The translations under genes were made by a program, and so were the position numbers. A stretch of 63,524 bases of DNA, the filler included, from Nanobdellota archaeon (GTDB lineage: Archaea; Nanobdellota; Nanobdellia; Woesearchaeales; CAZZGN01), in assembly GCA_051819665.1 (NCBI GenBank). It is 7 parts of 5 records of this genome, joined end to end, with 100 filler letters (N's around TTAATTAATTAA, not from the genome) between each part and the next. Parts side by side here need not be neighbours in the genome. Positions count along the whole stretch, not along the records: positions 40,144 to 60,562 come from JBNJDG010000014.1; positions 60,663 to 63,524 come from JBNJDG010000064.1; 5 more parts are not named here. One strand, 5' to 3'. The first letter of the stretch is position 1, and every line of letters starts with the position of its first letter. The notes beneath the pieces are model-generated. The model saw nothing but the letters and a program-made list of their open reading frames with translations, was not told the DNA's origin and did no database searches. Positions 55,437-63,524 of the stretch are shown one piece after another.

Positions 55437-56807
55437 TCACATAAGTCTCATCAATCTCTTCATCCTGGAGATTGAGATATTATAAGGCGGATACCTGAAA
55501 CCCGGGTCAAGCCAGGTCTTTCTCTTTAGAACACTCCTTTTATGCGAGAATGTATCGAACGAATACTTACCATGATATGCACCCATACCTGATTTACCAA
55601 CACCCCTGAACGGCAGGTTATCTCCAAGTATGTGAGAGATAGTATCATTGATACACACTCCTCCGGACGAGGTATTACTGATAATCCTCTCCTGAAATCC
55701 CTCATCATTCGAGAACACATAAAGCGCCAAAGGTTTTGAGAAAGAATTCACCGCTTCAATGACCTCAGACTCATCCGAATAAGTAAGAATCGGCAGTATA
55801 GGACCGAAGATCTCCTCCTTCATCACCCTATCATCCCAACCTGCATCTACAAGGGTAGGTTCGAAGAAAAGCCCTTCCCTGTCCTTCTTCCCGCCATGGA
55901 TGATCCTCACGCCATCAAGATAAGACGCAAGCCTGTCAAAATGTTTCTTGTTGATGATCCTTGCATAATCTCTGCTCAAAGACACATCTTCCCCGTAGAA
56001 TTGTTTTATCTGTGCCTTTATCTTTTCAATCAGCTTCCCCTTCATCGATTCATGGACATAAACGTAATCCGGAGCAATGCAGGTCTGGCCCGCATTTATG
56101 CACTTACCCCAAACCAGTCTTCTTACAGCCACATCAAGGGAAACATTATCATCTATAATAGCAGGACTCTTACCCCCTAGCTCAAGTGTTACAGGCGTCA
56201 GGTTTTTTGCTGCTGCTTCCATGACTATCCTTCCGACATATGTAGAGCCCGTATAGAATATATAGTCAAAATCCTTCTTAAGAAGTTCAGTAGTTTCCTT
56301 CACAGCCCCCTCACACACAGCTATATATTCTTCCGGAAAGGTCTCCGAGATCATCCCGGCAATAACTTTCGAAGTATTAGGAGAGACCTCCGAAGGTTTG
56401 AGGACAGCACAATTCCCGGCAGACATAGCTCCGATCAAGGGAGAGAGCAACAACTGGACAGGATAATTCCACGGAGCTATTATCAGGGAAACACCATAAG
56501 GTTCGGGCTTAATATATCCCTTTGAAGGAAAATTGATCAATGAACTCTTCACCCTCTCAGGCTTCATCCATCTGCCAAGATTCCTGACCTGATTATCTAT
56601 ATCATGAAGCACGTAGCCTAGCTCAGCTGAATAAGCTTCAAACTCAGGCTTGGAAAGGTCTTTCTGCAAAGCCCCGATTATCCTCCCCTGGTATTTTTCT
56701 AACGCCGATCTGAGCTTCAGCAAAGAATCCTTCCTGAAATCTTTGGATCTTGTAGCACCGGACATGAAAAAACCCTTCTGTTTCTTCATCAATTTTGAGT
56801 AATCCAT
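55437..56807 (-). CDS. Aldehyde dehydrogenase (ALDH3-like)
   Basis: APWNYP, KPSE, YTGS, LELGGKSP, NAGQTCIAPD and EEIFGP. The conserved PFGG motif reads PFRG here. Confidence 0.95.
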   Translation of the reverse strand: MDYSKLMKKQKGFFMSGATRSKDFRKDSLLKLRSALEKYQGRIIGALQKDLSKPEFEAYSAELGYVLHDIDNQVRNLGRWMKPERVKSSLINFPSKGYIKPEPYGVSLIIAPWNYPVQLLLSPLIGAMSAGNCAVLKPSEVSPNTSKVIAGMISETFPEEYIAVCEGAVKETTELLKKDFDYIFYTGSTYVGRIVMEAAAKNLTPVTLELGGKSPAIIDDNVSLDVAVRRLVWGKCINAGQTCIAPDYVYVHESMKGKLIEKIKAQIKQFYGEDVSLSRDYARIINKKHFDRLASYLDGVRIIHGGKKDREGLFFEPTLVDAGWDDRVMKEEIFGPILPILTYSDESEVIEAVNSFSKPLALYVFSNDEGFQERIISNTSSGGVCINDTISHILGDNLPFRGVGKSGMGAYHGKYSFDTFSHKRSVLKRKTWLDPGFRYPPYNISISRMKRLMRLM

Positions 56808-57020
56808 CAACACACCTCACAATAGGAATAACCACCAATTATTTATATTAATTATGGAACTTAAATAGTACAACATTTCCCTCTTATTAAAGGGAAGCGG
56901 TCATACTGGCACTCATACCTTTCAGGAATGAAGTTTTATACTGATACTTTAACGGACATGAAAGAGAATACACGATCACAGAGGGATGGTTTAAATAAGA
57001 CCGGTGAAAGGAGATAAAAC

Positions 57021-57440
57021 ATGAAAAGACGGCTAAGGACAGCAGGCATGCTTATCGAATGTAAAGAGGAAATTCTCATACTTAAGAGAAATCCGGATAA
57101 GAAACAAGGCAGCAAGTGGGGCCTGCCTGCAGGCAAAGTGGGAGAAGGAGAAAGTGATAAGGAAGCCGTCATAAGAGAAGTGAAGGAAGAGACAGGCTTT
57201 GATGTAGACCCAAAAGACGTATCCCCAGTAAATGACCTGACATGGCACTTTCCGGAAATAATAGTGGAATTCCCCACCTTCAGGATAAGTTTAGAGCAGA
57301 AGTTTGAAGTTAAGCTTAATCCGGACGAGCACGAGGATTATGAATGGATTACTCCGGAAGAATGTTACAAGAGAGATGATCTTATACACGGATTCCATGA
57401 TCTGTTAGAGAAAGTTTATGATATCAATCATCAAAGATAA
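57021..57440 (+). CDS. NUDIX hydrolase
   Basis: Nudix box [22 protein letters not shown]. Confidence 0.93.
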   Translation: MKRRLRTAGMLIECKEEILILKRNPDKKQGSKWGLPAGKVGEGESDKEAVIREVKEETGFDVDPKDVSPVNDLTWHFPEIIVEFPTFRISLEQKFEVKLNPDEHEDYEWITPEECYKRDDLIHGFHDLLEKVYDINHQR

Positions 57441-57618
57441 AAACATCATCTATCCTCTCACCAAAGGCCTCAGACAAATCATGGGCAAGCTTAAGAGAAG
57501 GATTATACTTACCCTTCTCAAGAAAAACTATAGTCTCCCTCCTGACACCGACCTTTTCTGCCAAGCCTTCCTGGGTAAGATCATACTTTGCCCTGAGTTC
57601 CTTAATCCTCGTCCTCAT
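57424..57618 (-). CDS. XRE-family HTH regulator
   Basis: [32 protein letters not shown]. Confidence 0.93.
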   Translation of the reverse strand: MRTRIKELRAKYDLTQEGLAEKVGVRRETIVFLEKGKYNPSLKLAHDLSEAFGERIDDVFIFDD

Positions 57619-57947
57619 ATATTTTCTCCTTTCCTTTCATAGATATTCATCGACAAGACAAAAGCAATGATCATCGCTACAAACACTGAAGCTGTGATTA
57701 TCGCAAGCACCTCCATGCTCTGTCTCATTGAGTGTGCTGTTATAAGCAAAGATAAGCCAATAAGCGAGACTACAAAGCTGTTAAATCCAGACCTATAAAC
57801 ATTATGAGTCAGCCTCTCATCAGATACCTTGGCTGCTGCAAAAAAAGAGAAAAATCCGAAGAAACCAAAGAAGCCATAATTTCCTGTAAAAAGTCCTAAA
57901 AACCCAAGCAAACCGAGCAATCCTAAAACCCTAATCTTTTTCATCAT
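57615..57947 (-). CDS. DUF3796-like membrane protein
   Basis: [20 protein letters not shown]; paired with an XRE gene as is typical. Confidence 0.75.
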   Translation of the reverse strand: MMKKIRVLGLLGLLGFLGLFTGNYGFFGFFGFFSFFAAAKVSDERLTHNVYRSGFNSFVVSLIGLSLLITAHSMRQSMEVLAIITASVFVAMIIAFVLSMNIYERKGENI

Positions 57948-58065
57948 TATCACCTGTTATATCTCATTAACATAATGTTAGAAATGTATAACATACAGAT
58001 ATTTAAACCTTTCTAAAATTTTTAGCAAATGTTTAATAATGATTAACACAACAAAGGGTGTCAAA

Positions 58066-58428
58066 ATGGAAAACAAGAACAAAGGTGCAATGATAATAAT
58101 CCTTGCAGCAATCATTACTACGATGTTTATAATACTGCCAGGAAATCAGCATGAAGAGAAAGAATTCACACTAAACCAGTCAAAGGAACTGGCACTTGAG
58201 ATGGTAAAAGACTCTTTCCAATTCAAAGAATACGACGGAAGTAACTTAAGACTCATCAGGGCAGAAAAACTAGAAGAATGTGAAAACTGCTTTAAATTTG
58301 ATTACAGGTTCAATGTAAACCCGGAAAAAGCTCCAACAAACATTAGAGCAATAGATCTCTCAACATATATAATAGACGGAGATATAAGAAACACATCAAT
58401 GACAGAAATACCAGCAGAACTTACCTGA
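58066..58428 (+). CDS. Hypothetical membrane-anchored protein
   Basis: N-terminal TM, then FQFKEYDG..L...CENCFKFDYRF. Confidence 0.65.
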   Translation: MENKNKGAMIIILAAIITTMFIILPGNQHEEKEFTLNQSKELALEMVKDSFQFKEYDGSNLRLIRAEKLEECENCFKFDYRFNVNPEKAPTNIRAIDLSTYIIDGDIRNTSMTEIPAELT

Positions 58429-59505
58429 TCATTTCTTCTTTATTCCACAACCATCAAGCTCAAAGTAACTGTCCTTACAATTAAGGCAGATTCCTTCTTC
58501 TACCCTTGAAGCCATTGTTTTTTCTCCGCATCTCCTACACTTTAAACTTTCATGTATCGGTGCAAATTCAGGCACTTCAACAGAAACTGCCTCTATATCA
58601 AAAATTTCTTCTGCAGATTTTTTTATCATTTCAAAAGACAATCTCTTTGAGGCTCTTTTAAATCTCAAAATATCCTCTTCGCTTCCTTCTCTTCTCTTAA
58701 CTACCTTATCAAAAAGCTCAGAAAATTCATCTGAACCCCCCATCTCAGACATAAAATCATCCTTTGCAACCAATCTTATACCTTTACCATCTCTCTTTAC
58801 AAGTGTAAAAGCATTCTTACCAATATCTTTAAACACCAAAGAATTATTACCGAAGGTACAACCTGTAACTATCTGTATCCCATCACCCATACAGTTATTT
58901 GTCTCAGTTATCCCAATCAGATTTTCCATGCCATCATTTGAAAAAGACATTTTCTGCATAGTATAAACCCCAGCTATTACACCCATAGATAAACCAGGAC
59001 AGAAATGACCATGAAGTTTGCCCGAAAGCTTAAGCAAAGATTCAGAATCATTTTTCCGTATCAAGCCGACAATATCCGAACGAGGAGAATTCTTCTCCTT
59101 TTCTTCCCTAATATGCCCTATTTCAGATGTGTCAAAATCAGGAACAAATGGTTTAATATCAACCACAGGAGTCCCGTTTAAAGCATCCAGACCAAGGACA
59201 GTTAGCTCATTATTCTTTCTTGATAAGAGCCTTACAACAGTCATACCTAAAAGATTAGGTCTATTAGGACTTCTTGAAGAAAAAACGCCTCTTACCTCAC
59301 CATCATAAGTCTTCGATTTAAGCTTATGGCCAAGAGACCTATCAAACAGGAAGAAAACATTAATATGATCATTCTCTTCTATCCTGTAAAGACCATCAGA
59401 AAATTTCTCATCAATCACTATCTTGCTCTCATTCTTTTTCATCTCAAAAGGATCCATCTTTTTGTCCATCTCATTTCTGACCACACCTATCTTTTCAAAT
59501 TGCAT
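58429..59505 (-). CDS. TrmO/TsaA-like domain fused to an FmdE-family domain
   Basis: GVFSSRSPNRPNLLG and GLDALNGTPVVDIKPF, then HGHFCPGLSMG, ETNNCMGDGIQIVTGCTFG and C-terminal CRRCGE...CLNC. Confidence 0.88.
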   Translation of the reverse strand: MQFEKIGVVRNEMDKKMDPFEMKKNESKIVIDEKFSDGLYRIEENDHINVFFLFDRSLGHKLKSKTYDGEVRGVFSSRSPNRPNLLGMTVVRLLSRKNNELTVLGLDALNGTPVVDIKPFVPDFDTSEIGHIREEKEKNSPRSDIVGLIRKNDSESLLKLSGKLHGHFCPGLSMGVIAGVYTMQKMSFSNDGMENLIGITETNNCMGDGIQIVTGCTFGNNSLVFKDIGKNAFTLVKRDGKGIRLVAKDDFMSEMGGSDEFSELFDKVVKRREGSEEDILRFKRASKRLSFEMIKKSAEEIFDIEAVSVEVPEFAPIHESLKCRRCGEKTMASRVEEGICLNCKDSYFELDGCGIKKK

Positions 59506-60272
59506 TCTTTCCCCCCCACTAACTTAGGTATTATAACTGGATGATCTCCTGAGAATAAAATATCAGCATCAACACCATAAACCTCCTTGATATTCTCACT
59601 ATGAAGTATATCCTTACTGCCCGCATCAAAAACCTTACCTTTCTTAAGCATTATAACCTTATCACAAAACCTTGCAGCAAGATTAAGGTCATGCATCGCA
59701 ACAACTACAGACATACCTTTAAAAGAAAGATTTTTTATTATATCCATCGACTCAATCTGATGCCTCATATCAAGGTTAGCAGTTGGTTCATCAAGAAGAA
59801 CAACATTAGGGTCCTGTGCTAAAGATCTTGCTATGAAAACCTTCTGCCTTTGTCCGCCTGAAAGTTCATCAATATTCTTCATGGAAATATCATCGAGATC
59901 AAAAAGCGATAAGACTTCTGATGTTTTCTTTATGTCCTCTTCCCCAGGCCTATAAGAGACATGAGGTCTTCTCCCCATTAGCACAGTATCAAATACAGTC
60001 ATGGAAAAATCTGAAGGTATGACCTGAGGCACATAACCAAACAATCTTGATACCTCCTTACATGACAATTTAGAGCTCTCCTTACCATCAACCATGATAG
60101 TGCCGGTTTTCGGAGAAAGAATCTTATTCATACATCTAAGAAGTGTGCTCTTACCCGAACCATTAGATCCAATTATGCCCACAAGTTCACCCTTACCTAT
60201 ACTAAAATCAATATCTTCCAACACATTATTTGCACCATAACTAAAAGAAAGTCCGTTGACAGATATCTTCAC
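59487..60272 (-). CDS. Iron-chelate / cobalamin ABC transporter ATPase
   Basis: GSNGSGKST, LSGGQRQK, LLDEPT and MHDLNLAARFCD. Confidence 0.93.
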   Translation of the reverse strand: MKISVNGLSFSYGANNVLEDIDFSIGKGELVGIIGSNGSGKSTLLRCMNKILSPKTGTIMVDGKESSKLSCKEVSRLFGYVPQVIPSDFSMTVFDTVLMGRRPHVSYRPGEEDIKKTSEVLSLFDLDDISMKNIDELSGGQRQKVFIARSLAQDPNVVLLDEPTANLDMRHQIESMDIIKNLSFKGMSVVVAMHDLNLAARFCDKVIMLKKGKVFDAGSKDILHSENIKEVYGVDADILFSGDHPVIIPKLVGGKECNLKR

Positions 60273-60562
60273 ATATATCCCCTCTTACTTTTCCTGAGCA
60301 ATAGATAAAGAAAAAGCGGAGCACCAACAAAAGACGTAACAATGCCCACTGGAAGTATCACTGGCGATATTATCGTCCTTGCCAGCGTGTCTGTAAAAAG
60401 CATGAACAAAGCACCGAAAAGTGCTGTTATAGGAACCATGAAAAAATCATTCCCTTTTATGACAAACCTGACCATATGTGGAACTACAAGCCCGACAAAA
60501 GCAATTATACCAAAAAAGCTAACAACAACAGAAGTTGCAAGCGAAGCGACAACCATGCTTAT
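60269..60562 (-). CDS. FecCD/BtuC-family permease (5' partial)
   Basis: GIIAFVGLVVPHMVR, DTLAR and LPVGIVTSFVGAPLFLYLL. Confidence 0.92.
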   Translation of the reverse strand: MSMVVASLATSVVVSFFGIIAFVGLVVPHMVRFVIKGNDFFMVPITALFGALFMLFTDTLARTIISPVILPVGIVTSFVGAPLFLYLLLRKSKRGYM

Positions 60563-60662
60563 NNNNNNNNNNNNNNNNNNNNNNNNNNNNNNNNNNNNNN
60601 NNNNNNTTAATTAATTAANNNNNNNNNNNNNNNNNNNNNNNNNNNNNNNNNNNNNNNNNNNN
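60563..60662. other. Artificial contig linker
   Basis: N-TTAATTAATTAA-N. Confidence 0.98.
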
Positions 60663-62335
60663 GGATTCTCAGACATCACACCATACACAGGGATCTCTTT
60701 AGAGACAGTATCATTATTTCCAGCAACATCATAGACAGAGAGGTCTATCTGGGCCGTATAGAAACCGTCCTTTATCGAGCGGCTCTCCCAGGTACAAATA
60801 CCTTCCTCACAATTGCCTTCTACAGATTCCCCCTCTTCAGTATACACTTCCGAAAGGTCAGCCGTGGCAGAAGTAATGGCGTTCTCATCCTCTACCTCAA
60901 GCCTTATCTTCAAAACATCACCTGACTGGAAATATTTCCTGTCACCCAGTTCACCGGGAGCGGTAATTGAAGCATTGACTATCTCAGGAGGATCACTATC
61001 CATCTTAACAATCTCGCCGTCCTTTCCGGCAAAATGATTCCCCGCATCATCATGGGAAGCAGCATTCCTGTAAAGCCAATAATCATTACCATCAACACCT
61101 TCAGCAGAGACATCATCCCAATAGCATGTCCATCCTTCTTCACATCGATCAGCTTCCACCTTCTCACTATGGCCTATGCTTTCCATGTCAAGATAGACAT
61201 TCTCAGGAGAGAGACCGGAGCCGGACTCATCAATCTCCATCTTTATAGTATTGCCTTCCGGTTTGATATAAGAAGTCCCTTCATAGATCCTGTCTGAGCC
61301 TATAAAACTCGGCTCAGGACTGGATTTATCAAGACTGAAAGTTATCGTGAAATCCTTCACTTCCGAATTACCTTTTGTATCGACAGCTTTCGCAGTGAAG
61401 CTGTATTCTTCTCTGCCACCCTCAAATTCAACATCAAAGGAACATTCATGTTCATCACCCTCACTACTGCAATATCCTGCATCCTTGGTGAGGTCGTTAT
61501 TATAACCCAGAGAGCTGAGATTAGCCACAAGATAATCCAGGTTCTTCTCTGTTATATTGAATTGAAGGGTCTCCTCAAAAGAGCTGTTGGTTACATAATC
61601 CCTCCCCTCAATCTTCGGGCTATGCAAGGAAGGTGAAGTGAAATCCGTCTCCAGAGAGACTGTATCAGAAGAGCTGTGCATGAATTCGTCATAAACTTCT
61701 ACAGTGAATTCATTCATATCCTCGGCATCATAATCAAAGCTCACCGTTCCTGTATCAGAACATCCGCTAAGATTTCCATCAGTAATTATACCCTCATCAT
61801 CAGAAACAACCAGTTTATTAAGACCAACACATCCATCAGTTGAAGAAGCAGTATCCTCAACCTCATATTCTATCTTTACCTCATCACCCTCCTGGCTCGC
61901 TCCAAGGGAGAGAATATCCGGAGAGGAGTCATCAACAACCACCTCTGAAAGATGAGACGCTTCAACGCTCCCATCCGCTTCATCATCATACCTGGCTACG
62001 AACTCAAAAGTGTCTTTCGGAACCCATGAAACATCACATTCACAGTCTGAGACAGAATCAGGGCCGCTACCAGAGGAACATGAAGAGCTGGTGCAGAAAT
62101 TATCATTAAGGGAGAAAGTAGAGCCAAAACCAGGAAAATGAAGGAATACCTCTCCCTTCTTTACATCCTCACCTTCTATCTCTGTATGGAAAGTGACAGA
62201 CTCATCACCTTTAAGGTAGCCCTTCTTCCCGTCTTCGCCTTCACCATAGGCCTCATTTATAGTATAGGCCGAAGAAACAGGAAGGAATAGCATCAAGAAT
62301 ACTGTAAATACCGCGAAAAACTGCCATAGCTTCAA
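60663..62335 (-). CDS. Large acidic, Cys-containing Ig-like surface protein (3' partial)
   Basis: Signal peptide followed by repeated DxxGN / DxxxP beta-sandwich motifs. Confidence 0.75.
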
Positions 62336-62391
62336 TATAATCCCTCTTTTAAGAAAATTCTCCCTTTTCTTGTATTTAAAGGTTTTGGTGG

Positions 62392-63357
62392 CTATGCCTT
62401 AGCCACCTTAACCATGAAAAACCTTAGCCAGGAGAACCCGACTAGATAGAAAAGGAATATCAATATAGAGATTATCATGCCCGTCACTGGGTTATTGGTG
62501 AAATTCAACAGCCTCAAAACAAGGGTAAGGATGCCTCCTGCTATGGACACTGTGAAGAACGCGAGCATGACGTTCAGGAAATCCCTTATGTAATGGTCAC
62601 TGTGTTTCATTACCTTCTTCCAGTGTTTCTTATGGTTCTTACCGAAGTAGATGCATCCTGCTATGAAAAGAACGAGAGCTATGCCGAAACCGAGAAAGCC
62701 CCCGCCGAATATTATGCCTATAACCGCCAATAAAGTGATCAGGATAGCAAGGGCACCCAATCCCACCAAGGTCTTACCAACGATCCTCAATGCTTTATTG
62801 ACCGACTTCACGAATTCCTCTTTCTTGAAATAGTATATATTGAAGAAAGTATAGAAATACGCGAATATCATCAATAATCCGAGAGAGAAGAAACCCAGAT
62901 ATTCTTTGATCACTATCTTGGAGGAACCGACCGTAAGCACACTGAAGATAAAGATGAAGAGCAATGATATCAGTACATACCTACCTAAACCTTTCCACGA
63001 GAACTTCTTCTTATAGATCTGTTTATACATCAGGTAACGGGTGAAGGCCCACACAGCACATGTGAGTATTATGAAAGTCAAAGCTATTGCGGTCAGCTTG
63101 GAAAGCACAGGCATAGCCTCCTTGAGAGCAGAGACACTCTCTAAAGAACCGGCAACTCCCTGCTGTAAAGCTCCTCCAGACACGCCCTGAAGCTCCTCCC
63201 CCATCTTCTTCAGAGGAGAGAAATCTATCGTCCTCATCAATGCAGACATCAGAGAGCCGATCAAAGCCACGATTATATAAAATGAGACTGCAAAGCCCGC
63301 CACGTAAAAGACTCTCTTGTCGATTTCCTTTAATGATCTCAAGTATTTTTTCATCAT
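62392..63357 (-). CDS. Hypothetical multi-pass membrane protein
   Basis: About eight TM segments. Confidence 0.75.
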   Translation of the reverse strand: MMKKYLRSLKEIDKRVFYVAGFAVSFYIIVALIGSLMSALMRTIDFSPLKKMGEELQGVSGGALQQGVAGSLESVSALKEAMPVLSKLTAIALTFIILTCAVWAFTRYLMYKQIYKKKFSWKGLGRYVLISLLFIFIFSVLTVGSSKIVIKEYLGFFSLGLLMIFAYFYTFFNIYYFKKEEFVKSVNKALRIVGKTLVGLGALAILITLLAVIGIIFGGGFLGFGIALVLFIAGCIYFGKNHKKHWKKVMKHSDHYIRDFLNVMLAFFTVSIAGGILTLVLRLLNFTNNPVTGMIISILIFLFYLVGFSWLRFFMVKVAKA

Positions 63358-63524
63358 ATCACCTTATAACTCATATTAAAACCCATATTGTAGTCCGAGT
63401 ATTTATCCCTTATATCCACCTTGACTGTGTATTTACCCTTCATCGTGCTATTATCCGTCTGTATCGTGTTATAAACAGGAAGAGAGAACTTCCCTGGTTC
63501 CTTGACCTCCCTTGTCACATCCAT
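63354..63524 (-). CDS. 3' end of an unknown protein (partial)
   Basis: Open frame to the window end, ...GKYTVKVDIRDKYSDYNMGFNMSYKVI*; ATGA overlap with the next gene. Confidence 0.55.
   Translation of the reverse strand: MDVTREVKEPGKFSLPVYNTIQTDNSTMKGKYTVKVDIRDKYSDYNMGFNMSYKVI

Overview
Archaeal genome fragment, most likely a Woesearchaeota-like (DPANN) metagenome-assembled genome. The taxonomic call is inferred from archaeal aEF-2, aEF-1A, L7Ae, S28e, L24e, L35Ae, L37e, S8e, Sm, Spt5 and PAC2, compact gene packing, and bacterial-type gpmI, ackA, lgt and lspA. The window is not one contiguous locus. It is seven contigs joined by six artificial 100-nt N-TTAATTAATTAA-N linkers: 1-4368, 4469-9183, 9284-11721, 11822-12860, 12961-40043, 40144-60562 and 60663-63524. 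Contig 1 is a reverse-complement strain variant of 23317-27787. Most content is housekeeping: translation, glycolysis and acetate fermentation, class II RNR, thioredoxins and an RND/S-layer operon, with an AT-richer accessory patchwork after about 49.3 kb. Strongest unexplained signals: (1) An identical 71-nt structured insert lies behind two different tRNA-Ser genes, each time followed by a 16-nt copy of that tRNA's own 3' end. It is tandemly amplified at one locus and joined by a second, strain-variable structured insert at the other, forming arrays whose repeat is the tRNA 3' end. (2) A leaderless five-repeat CRISPR mini-array, with no cas gene on its contig, sits directly downstream of an RHH / XRE-ImmA(IrrE) / PIN(DUF4411) operon. 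(3) A gene-poor region of about 2.2 kb carries clustered TGTCGGGAT motifs around a lone HTH gene (candidate origin). (4) The genome also encodes a bacterial Lgt+LspA lipoprotein pathway, a DxDTT class II terpene-cyclase-like protein, a eukaryote-like enolase and bacterial-type NrdR boxes. All family assignments come from motif recognition by eye; no database searches were run.
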